Shown piece after piece: positions 1-9,752 of a stretch of 64,000 nucleotides of DNA. A program made the position numbers and the translations under genes. The notes beneath the pieces were generated by a model. That model searched no databases. It was given only the letters and a program-made list of their open reading frames with translations, and was not told the DNA's origin. Location: assembly GCA_027623815.1 (NCBI GenBank), contig JAQBUV010000001.1, positions 3,295-67,294 on the forward strand. The letters run 5' to 3'. This DNA comes from Chloroflexota bacterium. GTDB taxonomy: Bacteria > Chloroflexota > Dehalococcoidia > Lucifugimonadales > UBA3495. The stretch's first letter is position 1; every line of letters starts with the position of its first letter.

Positions 1-1622
1 TCCCCATCTCCGTTGCCATCGCTCCCCCATTTACGCAGGAATCTGCCCTGTCGATCAAAGACCTGGATTCTATTGTTGCCATATTCTGACACGTATACCT
101 TGCCCTCAATGTCGATGGCCAGACCCTGGGGCCGGATGAACTCCCCGTCTCCGCTGCCGTTGATCCCCCACTTGCGCAGGAACCTGCCCTGTGAGTCGAA
201 GACCTGGATCCGATCATTGCCATATTCTGACACGTAGACGTCGCCCTCATTGTCGATGGCCAACCCTTGGGGCTGGCTGAATTCCCCGTCTCCGCTGCCC
301 CTGATCCCCCACTTGCGCAGGAATTTGCCCTGTGGATTGAACACCTGTATACGATCGTTGCCTTGATCTGATACGTAGACGTTGCCCTCACCGTCTATCG
401 CCAGACCCTGAGGCCGGATGAACTCCCCGTCTCCGCTGCCCCTGATCCCCCACTTGCGCAGGAACCTGCCCGATGGGTCGAAAACCTGTATCCGGTCATT
501 GTCATATTCTGATACATAGACGTTGTGCTCACCGTCTATCGCCAGACCCTGTGGCTGGCTGAACTCCCCGTCTCCGCTGCCCCTGATCCCCCACTTGCGC
601 AGGAACCTGCCCTGGGAGTCGAAGACCTGGATCCGATCGTTCCAATGATCTGACGCGTAGACGTTGCCCTCGGGGTCTATGCAAAGACCCTGGGGCGTCC
701 TGAACTCACCGTCTCCGCCTCCCTCGCTCCCCCATTTGCGCAGGAATCTGCCCTGTGGGTCGAAGACCTGAATCCGATCATTGCCATATTCTGACACGTA
801 GACGTTCCCCTCACCGTCTATCGCCAATCCCTGAGGCTGGCTGAACTCGCCGTCTTCGCTGCCCGTGACCCCCCACTTGCGCAGGAACCCGCCCTGTGGA
901 TCGAAGACCTGTATCCTATGATTGCCTCGATCTGACGCGTAGACGTTGCCCGCACGGTCTATCCCCAGGCCCTGGGGCCAACTGAACTCCCCGTCTCCGC
1001 CCCCCTCGCTCCCCCACTCGCGCAGGAACCTGCCCTGTGAGTCGAAGGCCTGGATCCTATTATTGCCTTGATCTGACACGTAGACGTTGCCATCACGGTC
1101 TATGCCCAGACCCTGAGGCCACCGGAACTCCCCGTCTCCGCTGCCGGTGACCCCCCACTTGCGCAGGAATCTGCCCTGAGAATTGAAGACCTGTATACGA
1201 TCATTGCCTCGATCTGACACGTAGACGTTACCATCACGGTCTATGCCCAGACCTTGGGGCCACCGGAACTCCCCGTCTCCGCTGCCGATAACGCCCCACT
1301 TGCGTAGGAACCTGCCCTGTGGGTCGAAGACCTGTACCCTATTATTGTCTCGATCTGACACGTAGACGTTACCCTCGGACCCTATGGCCAGATTCTGGGG
1401 CGTCTTGAACTCCCCATCTCCGCTGCCCGCGACCCCCCACTTGCGCAGGAACTTGCCCTGTGGATCGAAGACTTGCACCCTATTATTGCTACATTCCGAC
1501 ACGTAGACGTTGCCGCCACGGTCTATGACCAGGCCCTGGGGCCACCGGAACTCCCCGTCTCCACCGCCCCTGGTACCCCACTTGCGCAGGAACTTGACAT
1601 GAGGACTGTAGACCGCGTTCAT
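1..1622 (-). CDS. NHL-repeat beta-propeller protein, N-terminal ~540 aa (3' end runs off the window start)
   Basis: Absent from the ORF track because no stop lies inside the window. The minus-strand ATG at 1622-1620 gives MNAVYSPHVKFLRKWGTRGGGDGEFRWPQGLVIDRGGNVYVSECSNNRVQVFDPQGK. Hand translation of 3-59 in the same frame gives FDRQGRFLRKWGSDGNGDG. No complete minus-strand ORF is listed for 1-1691, consistent with one frame open to the edge. The motif GDGEFxxPxGxAxDxxGNVYVxxxxNxRIQVFD is the NHL repeat signature. Confidence 0.85.
   Translation of the reverse strand, partial: MNAVYSPHVKFLRKWGTRGGGDGEFRWPQGLVIDRGGNVYVSECSNNRVQVFDPQGKFLRKWGVAGSGDGEFKTPQNLAIGSEGNVYVSDRDNNRVQVFDPQGRFLRKWGVIGSGDGEFRWPQGLGIDRDGNVYVSDRGNDRIQVFNSQGRFLRKWGVTGSGDGEFRWPQGLGIDRDGNVYVSDQGNNRIQAFDSQGRFLREWGSEGGGDGEFSWPQGLGIDRAGNVYASDRGNHRIQVFDPQGGFLRKWGVTGSEDGEFSQPQGLAIDGEGNVYVSEYGNDRIQVFDPQGRFLRKWGSEGGGDGEFRTPQGLCIDPEGNVYASDHWNDRIQVFDSQGRFLRKWGIRGSGDGEFSQPQGLAIDGEHNVYVSEYDNDRIQVFDPSGRFLRKWGIRGSGDGEFIRPQGLAIDGEGNVYVSDQGNDRIQVFNPQGKFLRKWGIRGSGDGEFSQPQGLAIDNEGDVYVSEYGNDRIQVFDSQGRFLRKWGINGSGDGEFIRPQGLAIDIEGKVYVSEYGNNRIQVFDRQGRFLRKWGSDGNGDG
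24..1622 (-). repeat. 12 tandem 141-bp (47-codon) coding repeats, strictly in phase
   Basis: The marker CCCCCACTTGCGCAGG (or 1-3 nt variants) starts at 24, 165, 306, 447, 588, 729, 870, 1011, 1152, 1293, 1434 and 1575. The spacing is exactly 141 bp every time, with no indels. Neighbouring units are roughly four-fifths identical at DNA level by eye. Confidence 0.9.
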
Positions 1623-1691
1623 CTCTGGCCGATCCTCTCTTCTGCTGTACGCTGTATCTGGCGGTCATTATCTTCTGACATCACTTGCTAA

Positions 1692-2771
1692 CTACCCCTC
1701 AATCCCGAGGAGTTTCGCCGCCGTGCCACCGAGAATCTTGATCCGTTCCTCGTCACTTAATCCGGGGATCGACATGACGTGGTCAACCGGGGAGGTGTTC
1801 CATGGGAAGGGGTAATCGGTCCCGAGGACCACGTGATCTATCCCCGCCTCGGCGATCAGGTGCCGCATGCCCTCGCCAGTGAACATGATCGAATCGAAAT
1901 AAAGTTGGCCGCCTCGGATATATTCGGTCGGCTTCTTCTTCGGAAATTGCCCGACCCCATTGGGGAAGGTCGTTAGCACCGCGTCCGAGCGGTTGGCATA
2001 GGACGGCAGGAAACCCCCGCCGTGCGCCGCGCAAATCTTGAGGCCTGGAAAGCGGTCAAGCGTTCCTTCGAAGATCAAATGCGACAGTGCTATCGTAGTT
2101 TCGAGCGGGTTGCCAATCGTGTTCGTCAGCATACCATTCCCGGCCAACCGGCCACTCGATTCCAATTCGCGGGTGCCGAGGGGGTGCATGAAGACGAGCA
2201 CGCCCAACTCTTCACATTTGGCCCAGAACGGGTGGAATTTCGGGTTGGCGAGATCCTCACCGGCGACGCTGCCAGCAACGCCGACGCCGCGGAAGCCGAG
2301 CGTCTTGACTGCGTGCTCGAGCTGTTCAGCTGCGAGGTCGGGATATTGCAATGCTGCGGTCGCAAAGGCAACGAACCGATCCTGCTGCGAGGCGCAGAAC
2401 TCGACCAGGGCCTCGTTCTGCACCCGGATCAGTTCGGCGACGGCATCGCGCTCAGCCCGGTACCAGTAGGGATTGATGCTGAGCGCCTGGACATCGACGC
2501 CCGATTGATCCATCTGCGCCAGACGGTCGCCGATATTGGACCACAGAAGACCCGGCGCTTCCAGTGAGTGATTAATCAGCCGCGCCGCCTCCGGGACGAT
2601 GCAATGCGCATGGGTGTCAACAGTCTTGATTCGCTTGCCATTAATGACGACCTCGCGGCGGCCTTGGGTCTGCGCTTGGCCAGAGCCGCCGCCCCTACCA
2701 GCACTACCGCCGATCTCACAGTCGACAAAGGCTAAACCTGGGCTGGTATTCATGCTTTCGCTAATAGGCAT
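1692..2771 (-). CDS. amidohydrolase_2 family protein (ACMSD-like metal-dependent hydrolase/decarboxylase)
   Basis: 359-aa ORF with VDTHAHC near the N-terminus, AAHGGGFLP, and GTDYPFP near the C-terminus. Confidence 0.8.
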   Translation of the reverse strand: MPISESMNTSPGLAFVDCEIGGSAGRGGGSGQAQTQGRREVVINGKRIKTVDTHAHCIVPEAARLINHSLEAPGLLWSNIGDRLAQMDQSGVDVQALSINPYWYRAERDAVAELIRVQNEALVEFCASQQDRFVAFATAALQYPDLAAEQLEHAVKTLGFRGVGVAGSVAGEDLANPKFHPFWAKCEELGVLVFMHPLGTRELESSGRLAGNGMLTNTIGNPLETTIALSHLIFEGTLDRFPGLKICAAHGGGFLPSYANRSDAVLTTFPNGVGQFPKKKPTEYIRGGQLYFDSIMFTGEGMRHLIAEAGIDHVVLGTDYPFPWNTSPVDHVMSIPGLSDEERIKILGGTAAKLLGIEG

Positions 2772-2968
2772 TTTCGTTCCTCCCGTTCTTATGATTGTTG
2801 TCGCTACTTATAAGAGTTGTCAAACATTCTCTATCTGGGTCAGGATCGTTGGGATTTCGACGGCTGAACTCATTGTCTTGGGGGTTGTTGGAAGGCGGTC
2901 CGAGCATGGACTAGCTTAACGGGATAGCGGTTCACCTGAAGTGCCAGGGCTTTGCTGGTTGGCATTCT

Positions 2969-4885
2969 CTATTTTGAAAGTCTGCTGTTTTCGCCATCTA
3001 GCCGGAGTTGTTCCAATTCTTCCCAACGGGCGTAGGCCTCAGCCAAAAGCCTTTTCAGTTCATCTAGCCGATCATTCGTGGCAACAATGTCGGCCCTGTC
3101 CTTTTTGTAGTGTTCTGGATCTCCCATGGGCTGAAACAACTCCTGCTGTTCCTTTTCATGGGACTCAATAGTCTGGGGCAATGCATCCAGTTCCTTTTGC
3201 TGGCTGAACCCAAATTTAAGCCTTGCCCTGGGTGCCTGAGCCAGTGAGGCACTTTGTTTGATGGCAGACGCCCTGATCGGTTTTGCTTCCTGAGGGCGCT
3301 GACGCAGCCAGTCATCATAGCCACCCACGTACTCTTTCACAACGGAGCCGCCTTCAAAAACGACGGTGCTAGTCACGATGTTGTTGATGAACGTCCTATC
3401 ATGGCTGACGAGGAGAATAGTTCCTGTGTAGTTAATCAAGAGGTCTTCAAGGAGGTCAAGGGTTTCAATATCAAGGTCGTTGGTGGGTTCATCCAGCACC
3501 AGGAGATTGGAAGGCTGCGTGAAGAGACGGGCCAGCATGAGGCGTTTGCGCTCCCCACCGGAAAATACGGAAACAAGCGAGCGAGCTTGATCTGAAGAAA
3601 AGAGAAAATCGCGCAGATAGCCGATTATGTGACGAGTTTTTCCGTTAACGGTAACTGTATCATTGCCCTCGCAGACGTTTTCTATGGCGGTCTTGTTTTC
3701 GTCCAATTGCTCAAGGAGTTGGTCGGAGTAGCTGATTTGTAAATTAGTGCCGAGGCGGATTGTTCCAGTAACCGGACTGAGCATGCCAAGAAGAAGGCGC
3801 AAGAGGGTTGTCTTGCCGCTGCCGTTAGGGCCCAGAATGCCAATCCTATCTCCCTTAAGAATCGTGGTGGAGAAACTTGAGATTACCTGTGTATCGCCAT
3901 AGTTAAAGCCAATATCGTCTGCCTTTGCCACCAATGTTCCAGAGCGCTCGGCCTCCTGGGCTTCCATCTTCACCTTCCCGGGCCGGTCCCGTCTGGAGCT
4001 GCGTATTTCGCGCATTCCTTCCAGTTCCCTCACGCGGCCCTCGTTGCGCGTCCGCCTCGCTTTGATACCACCTCGAACCCAATGTTCTTCCTGTTGCAGC
4101 TTCCGATCAAACAGAGCGTTCTTGGTCTCTTCTGCCTCGTGATCGGCGTTTCGCCGTACCAGGAATGTCTCATAGTCGCAGGTCTGATCAAAAAGCCTGC
4201 CCCGATCTATTTCCACAATGCGGGTAGCGATTCTCTGCAAGAACATTCGGTCGTGGGTCACGAAGATCAAGGCACCCGTAAACCGAACCATCATTAGTTC
4301 CAGTTCCCTGATGGAATCAATATCCATGTGGTTGGTCGGTTCATCAAGTAGGAGGATATCCGGCTCACTAACCAGGGCCCTCTTCAAGAGCACTTGACGT
4401 TTTAGGCCGGCGGAAAGAGAATTGAAAGTGTGGCCAGCATCCACCCCAAGTTGCGAGAGACTTTTGCTGATCTGTTCCCTTTTGTACCACACTCCTTCCA
4501 TATCAAGGTTTTGGTAAATGCCGTCCAATTCTTCCTGTAGTGGCGGCGCGCCTTCATCTAGCAACCTGGCGCTTGGGGGTGGGTTCAGTGCGATCAGGTC
4601 AAGGTATTCTCTGCTTCCGCTGGCAACTACATCAAACACGGTTCCGGGTAAATCATTGGGCACCTCTTGGGAAAGATAGGCGAAGTGGACGCCCTTTTGA
4701 ACTGAAATCACGCCGGAGTCTGGTTTGACGCTGCCCTCTATCAGCCGCAGCAGCGTTGATTTCCCCGACCCGTTCCTGCCTACCAGGCCAACCTTTTCTC
4801 CTCGCTCGATAGTTAAGTTGACCCCGTCAAAAAGTAGGACGCCAATAAAAGAAAGGGATATTCCTTGCATACTTATGAAGGCCAT
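2969..4885 (-). CDS. ABC-F family ATPase (Uup-like, no transmembrane domain)
   Basis: 638 aa with two Walker A sites (GRNGSGKST, GPNGSGKTT) and two signature motifs (LSAGLKR, FSGGERKR). The charged inter-domain linker and C-terminal coiled-coil tail match the Uup type. Confidence 0.9.
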   Translation of the reverse strand: MAFISMQGISLSFIGVLLFDGVNLTIERGEKVGLVGRNGSGKSTLLRLIEGSVKPDSGVISVQKGVHFAYLSQEVPNDLPGTVFDVVASGSREYLDLIALNPPPSARLLDEGAPPLQEELDGIYQNLDMEGVWYKREQISKSLSQLGVDAGHTFNSLSAGLKRQVLLKRALVSEPDILLLDEPTNHMDIDSIRELELMMVRFTGALIFVTHDRMFLQRIATRIVEIDRGRLFDQTCDYETFLVRRNADHEAEETKNALFDRKLQQEEHWVRGGIKARRTRNEGRVRELEGMREIRSSRRDRPGKVKMEAQEAERSGTLVAKADDIGFNYGDTQVISSFSTTILKGDRIGILGPNGSGKTTLLRLLLGMLSPVTGTIRLGTNLQISYSDQLLEQLDENKTAIENVCEGNDTVTVNGKTRHIIGYLRDFLFSSDQARSLVSVFSGGERKRLMLARLFTQPSNLLVLDEPTNDLDIETLDLLEDLLINYTGTILLVSHDRTFINNIVTSTVVFEGGSVVKEYVGGYDDWLRQRPQEAKPIRASAIKQSASLAQAPRARLKFGFSQQKELDALPQTIESHEKEQQELFQPMGDPEHYKKDRADIVATNDRLDELKRLLAEAYARWEELEQLRLDGENSRLSK

Positions 4886-5265
4886 ACCGGGAAGTTACCT
4901 CGCCACCGCTATTTTCTTAACGCAACCCACTTGACCGCTGTCCAGCCGGACTCTCGTGCCCTGTCTCGAAGGGATATTTTGAAGGCGTGACAACCCTGCT
5001 TTGAACAAATCCAAAACCAAGTCCCTCTGTAGGGCCAACCTCAACTACCGACGCCAGCTACCTGGGCGGGAACCCCAGTTTTCGTGAAATCGCCAAAGCA
5101 ACTCGCCAAATCGTAGAAAGCTTCTGCCAATTCAAAGGCACTATTCGCCGATAGTGTTGCGTACAAAGAGTTGCGGTGAAAATTACCTACCCGGCCGGGG
5201 ACACGCACCCTGAGACGCGCAGGCCCGGCACTTCCAATGCCCTCAGCTATGGCACCAATCGGTCA

Positions 5266-6237
5266 CTAGATTGCTCGCGGGATTGGAGTGCCAGGCGTCT
5301 TCATTCTCATGGTGAAAATGGAATGGCGGGCAGTAAAAAACATGGTCCGGTTATCCGGTCCTCCCCAGGCGCAATTGGCCGGAATCTCGGGGAGCCGGAT
5401 GATACCAAGATGATTACCCTGAGCGTCGAAAACCCAGACTCCTGCCGGGCCAGTGCAGAACACCCGGCCTGCCACGTCTACTTTCATCCCATCAGGGACA
5501 CCATCTTCCGCCGAGTGCATGTTGGCGAACAGCCGGCCATTATTGGTCGTACCGTCTGTGGCGACGTCATAGGCGTTAATAAATTGATGGGTGCAAACCT
5601 CACCCCGCTCTTTTTCCTGCTGGCATCCGTTATCCCTCCGAGTATTGGCCACATAAAGGGTTTGCTCATCTGGAGAAAAGGCCAAGCCGTTGGGATACAT
5701 TGTATCCGTGACGACGGCGGTGACGGTTCCGTCGGGCGCGATACGATGCACACCGGCGAAGTCTATTTCGCGTTCCGCCAGCTCGACTCGCCCAGATGGA
5801 TTGGTAAAGTAAAGGCTGCCGTTGGAATGCCCCACAATGTCGTTAGGGCGATGTAGTCGCTTCCCTTCCCACTTATCGGCCAAGACCGTGATACTGCCAT
5901 CAGGTTCCATGCGGCTAATCTGTCGCGTTCCCATTTCACACATTACCAGCCTACCCTGGAGGTCCCAGGTCATGCCATTGGTCATCCCGCTGGGCTCACG
6001 GATAGTTTCCACCGGCCCACCGGGCCTAAGCCGACAAATAATGGCCGGTTCCCGAAACAAATCCACAAACAGCCAGTGACCATCTGGATGCCAGACTGGT
6101 CCTTCGGTGAACACAAAGCCGGTGCCTAGCTGTTCCGGTTGAGCGGATTCAATAACTTGGTCTAGTTGATCAGGCATGGAGGCAATCCTTTCTGTTTTGT
6201 TGTAACTGATACCGCCGGTGAGGTTAGTGGGCACCAA
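5266..6237 (-). CDS. SMP-30/gluconolactonase/LRE family lactonase
   Basis: 323 aa with FTEGPVWHPDG, RPNDIV, GSLYFTNP, PNGLAFSPD and PDGMKVD motifs. Confidence 0.85.
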   Translation of the reverse strand: MVPTNLTGGISYNKTERIASMPDQLDQVIESAQPEQLGTGFVFTEGPVWHPDGHWLFVDLFREPAIICRLRPGGPVETIREPSGMTNGMTWDLQGRLVMCEMGTRQISRMEPDGSITVLADKWEGKRLHRPNDIVGHSNGSLYFTNPSGRVELAEREIDFAGVHRIAPDGTVTAVVTDTMYPNGLAFSPDEQTLYVANTRRDNGCQQEKERGEVCTHQFINAYDVATDGTTNNGRLFANMHSAEDGVPDGMKVDVAGRVFCTGPAGVWVFDAQGNHLGIIRLPEIPANCAWGGPDNRTMFFTARHSIFTMRMKTPGTPIPRAI

Positions 6238-6359
6238 TTATATTGTACTCTATGATCTGTAACTGATCAGTCAAGTGCCCTGAAGGCACCTGGTTTCGTC
6301 TTCAATAGCTCTGGCAGAGACAACAGCCGCTCCAGCGACGGTCTTCTGCCCAGCCCAGA

Positions 6360-7529
6360 TTAGCTCTCTGGGAATAGCAGCGTTCCGATGTTAGCATACG
6401 CCGCGTCGTTGGCCTGTCCCATGACCAGGCCCGCGCGGGCGTCTCGAAAGTACCTTTCGAACGGCAGGCGACCCGCGAATGCCGTTCCTCCAAACATTGT
6501 CATCAAATCGGTCGTTACGCGCACGCCGACCTCTGAGCAGACAACTTTGGCCTGCAAGAGAGGGAGAATCGACGTTGCCCGTCCCGAGTCTGCCATCGCA
6601 GCCACTGAGTGTAGTAGGGCCCGCGCCGCCTCTATTTGGGCGCTCATCTCCGCCATACGGCGCTGATTTATGGGACTGTCCAGCCGGCGCGCGCCACTGG
6701 GGAAGCGCTTGTCGCCTTCAGCGCACGCGATCTCGAACGCCCCCGAAGCGATGCCGAGATAAGCCGCACCGTAAGTGAGAATTTGACAGGGGGCCATGTA
6801 CTTGGTCATGACCGGCACGCTTTTATCCTCTAGTTCAATGCCCACCAAGTTTTCTTCAGGGACAACGCCGTTGAATATCATCGGTCTGCTGCTATTGCCC
6901 CGCATACCCAGGCCATTCCACTCGCCAATAGTCTTCCACTCGACCTCGTCGTTCTTGAATATCAATAGTTCCGGCGGGCCCTCCGTTCTGCCGCCCTCAA
7001 CGCGACAGAACATGACGTAGTGAGTGGCATATCCCGCCGACGTCACGTAAGACTTGCGAACCTGGTCAATCTGAAAGCCCCCCTTTACTCGCGGCAAGGT
7101 TGAGATCTGGCGCACCGGTGTCCAGTCGTCACCGGTCTGGCCGTGGGGCTCACCACCCGGTGCGGCAGCAAACACCTCGCCCCGCAGGAGCGGTTCGATG
7201 TAGCGTTTAAGCTGGTATTCAGTCGGAATTAGGCTGATCGCTTCAACTGCTTCAAGGTGCATCTTGTAACACATCGCCGTCGAAGGACACTTCTTCGATA
7301 TTTCTTCAACAATAAGGCAGGTCGTAACCAGATCAAGTCCAAGGCCACCATACTGCTGAGGCACCCGCATCGACCACAGACCAGCCTCTCGCAGCGCGTT
7401 AAGCGACTCTTGAGGGAACTCGGCATTATGGTCGTAATCTGCCGCTCGTGGGCCAATGTCACGATGAGCAATCTCGGCGGTTCGCTCTTTCCATTCCTGC
7501 TGGTCATCCGTTAGTGGGAAGTAGTTCAT
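6360..7529 (-). CDS. acyl-CoA dehydrogenase-fold flavoprotein (canonical catalytic Glu not evident)
   Basis: 389 aa with ACAD N-terminal, middle and C-terminal layout and a C-terminal RYFRDARAG segment. Where ACADs carry YEGT, this protein has VMGQA. Confidence 0.75.
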   Translation of the reverse strand: MNYFPLTDDQQEWKERTAEIAHRDIGPRAADYDHNAEFPQESLNALREAGLWSMRVPQQYGGLGLDLVTTCLIVEEISKKCPSTAMCYKMHLEAVEAISLIPTEYQLKRYIEPLLRGEVFAAAPGGEPHGQTGDDWTPVRQISTLPRVKGGFQIDQVRKSYVTSAGYATHYVMFCRVEGGRTEGPPELLIFKNDEVEWKTIGEWNGLGMRGNSSRPMIFNGVVPEENLVGIELEDKSVPVMTKYMAPCQILTYGAAYLGIASGAFEIACAEGDKRFPSGARRLDSPINQRRMAEMSAQIEAARALLHSVAAMADSGRATSILPLLQAKVVCSEVGVRVTTDLMTMFGGTAFAGRLPFERYFRDARAGLVMGQANDAAYANIGTLLFPES

Positions 7530-7586
7530 TGGTTTCCTTTAGTTTCCTTGTCTAACCAGTATTAACCGGCAATTACCCCTTATGTT

Positions 7587-8468
7587 CTAATTCAAGAACT
7601 CGCCGGTCCAGCGGTCGTAGTCCGCCTTGCGAGTAAGCTGGTCCATCAATTCCGCCGAGGCCACAGTCCCTCGCAAATCCGCCGGGGGCACGCCGTCGCG
7701 GAGCGCTTTCAGAGTATCGTAAATTCCTTTCGCCGCACCGGCCAGGGGCAAATGCCCCTGATGGGCCACACGGACACCATTGGCGGTCAGGAATTCGTCG
7801 TTCAGGTCGCCGTCGCCGCCGCCCATCAGTATGGGGAGTCGTACTGCGGCATGCAGCGCGGACACCCTTTCCCGGGTGACGCCTCCGGCCAGCCATAGCG
7901 CATCTACACCAGCCTGCTCGTAGGCCTTGGCACGCCTCACTGTCCCGTCCACACCCTCAGTGCGCAGCCCGGCGGTGCGAGCCATAATCACCAGGCTAGG
8001 GTCCCGCCGTCCCGCCAGGGCAGCTTTCATCTTCCCCACCCCTTCCTCCAGGGAGATCAGCTCCTCTCCTTTGGCTTTGCCGAAACTCTGAGGTAGCACT
8101 GTGTCCTCAATGGTCAGACCGGCTAGCCCAGCGGTTTCCAGTTCCTCCACGGTGCGTTTCACGTTAAGAGCGTTACCGTAGCCGTGATCGGCGTCCACAA
8201 TGAGGGGGATGTTGGCGGCCCGGCAGATGCGGCGGATCTGCTCGGCAAACTCGCTGAGGGTCAGCACCACCAGGTCCGGAGCGCCCAGCACCGTTGCCGA
8301 GGCGGTGGACCCAGCCATGAACGCCAACTCGAACCCCAGGTCCTCGGCGATGCGAACCGATAGGGGGTCAAACACCGATGCCGGGTGCACGCAATGGTCT
8401 CCTGCAAGGATTGCCCGGAAATTTTCCCGCCGTTGTGTCGGATTCATGTCGCTCCTTTCCAACTTCAA
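7587..8468 (-). CDS. isocitrate lyase/PEP mutase superfamily protein
   Basis: 293 aa with GAPDLVVLTLSE, IVDADHGYGNALNV and GLTIEDT motifs. No K(K/R)CGH loop is present. Confidence 0.8.
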   Translation of the reverse strand: MKLERSDMNPTQRRENFRAILAGDHCVHPASVFDPLSVRIAEDLGFELAFMAGSTASATVLGAPDLVVLTLSEFAEQIRRICRAANIPLIVDADHGYGNALNVKRTVEELETAGLAGLTIEDTVLPQSFGKAKGEELISLEEGVGKMKAALAGRRDPSLVIMARTAGLRTEGVDGTVRRAKAYEQAGVDALWLAGGVTRERVSALHAAVRLPILMGGGDGDLNDEFLTANGVRVAHQGHLPLAGAAKGIYDTLKALRDGVPPADLRGTVASAELMDQLTRKADYDRWTGEFLN

Positions 8469-8803
8469 TATGTTGTCCTATTTAGCCAGGGGTCGCATTA
8501 ACCCAATCCCCGTTGCGCAGGGAACTAACCAGAGACCTGGCCCATCTTTGGTTTCCGGGTCAACAGCCGGATACAATTTCGTCTGACCAAGTACCGGCTC
8601 CCGGTCGTGCTGGGAGATATTTACTTCTCATTTGTCTAGGAGAGTTTCGATACTTCAGGGCAGGCGGTAGGTCGGGATTACGAGCAAATCTTAATCGCGA
8701 CCGTTTGGTTTGTCTACCGTCATTGAGGAGAATAGTGTCATTTTAAGGAAGCCTACCGCCATTACTCTGCGCCCGATCTTCAATCTACTCTGGCAACTCG
8801 ATC

Positions 8804-9358
8804 TTATACCCGTTTCGGCAAAACCGGAGAGCCTGCCGCTGGCTTCATATCCGTGCCTAACAAGGTGCAGGCGATGAAAGAATAGTAGCCCATCAGCGCA
8901 CCAAGGACGATGGTATTGGCCTGGCCAAATTGCGCCATGGCCGCGTCAAAGGCCTCTTGGGATACCTGGTGGCCATCCATCAATTCCCGTCCGTAGCGCA
9001 CGATCACCGCCTCTTCTTTGGTGAGACCCTCCAGGCTACCCCGGTTGGCGATTATCTCCACCGCCTCGGGCCGCGCCCCGGCCCGCAATGCTGCGGCAGA
9101 ATGGGATGCCCAGACGTATTCGCAATCCCAGTGGCGGGCGGCGGTAATTATCGCCAGTTCAGTGTCATGATCGGAAAGATTGCCGCCGAAGCGCAACGCA
9201 TCGCTGAGGGCGGTGGAACACTGGGCTACTACCGGTGCGTACATCATCATGGAATGAGGGCCGTTAATATTCCCTCTAGACTCAATGATGGCGTCAAAGG
9301 CGGTCAAAGCGTCCCCGCTTACTTGCTCTCTTTTGGTGATCGGCGTCAATCGCGGCAT
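8804..9358 (-). CDS. carboxymuconolactone decarboxylase (AhpD-like) family protein
   Basis: The ORF 8804-9418 is trimmed to the internal ATG at 9358 (MPRLTPITKRE), which is preceded by AGGAG. The helical CMD-type sequence contains WDCEYVWASH. Confidence 0.7.
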   Translation of the reverse strand: MPRLTPITKREQVSGDALTAFDAIIESRGNINGPHSMMMYAPVVAQCSTALSDALRFGGNLSDHDTELAIITAARHWDCEYVWASHSAAALRAGARPEAVEIIANRGSLEGLTKEEAVIVRYGRELMDGHQVSQEAFDAAMAQFGQANTIVLGALMGYYSFIACTLLGTDMKPAAGSPVLPKRV

Positions 9359-9752
9359 AATTATCGCTCCTGCTGAAAGTCTTGGTATCCCGCGAGTATA
9401 GCAACCGGTACCGATCAACTACAACCGATCTGGAAGAGTCATAGGGCCTTTTCGGCTGCCCTAACCCACGCGCCTACCGCGCCTACCGCGCCTATTAAGG
9501 TATTAACATCGAATTCGCTGTGATGAATAAAATGACGGCAAGTTTCGTGAGGCGGGAGTCGGCGTATTTGACGTCTTTGGGATTCGGATTTAAAGTGTCG
9601 AGGCACACCAGAATGTCGTATATTTCGCGGATTCCGCGGAAGCTGCTTGATCTGGCGATTCAAGGCTTACTGGGCGGACGGCGTCGCCAATTCAAGCGAC
9701 AATTACTTTCGGCAATGGTGATTAGTCGACATCAACAGGAAAGGAGTCCGAC

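Noticed and set aside
1-1622. The strict 141-bp periodicity looked at first like a repeat array, such as CRISPR or satellite DNA.
   Set aside because: The whole region is one open reading frame on the minus strand with NHL-repeat protein motifs. There are no unique spacers.
5176-5856. Long ORFs antisense to, or in alternative frames of, clear genes. Examples are 5176-5856, 20806-21402, 26127-26849, 31235-32056, 38710-39489, 46937-47560, 48404-49261 and 49346-49984.
   Set aside because: Each overlaps a gene with strong family motifs on the other strand or frame. Their products are Arg/Pro/Gly-rich and low-complexity, as expected for chance open frames in GC-rich DNA.
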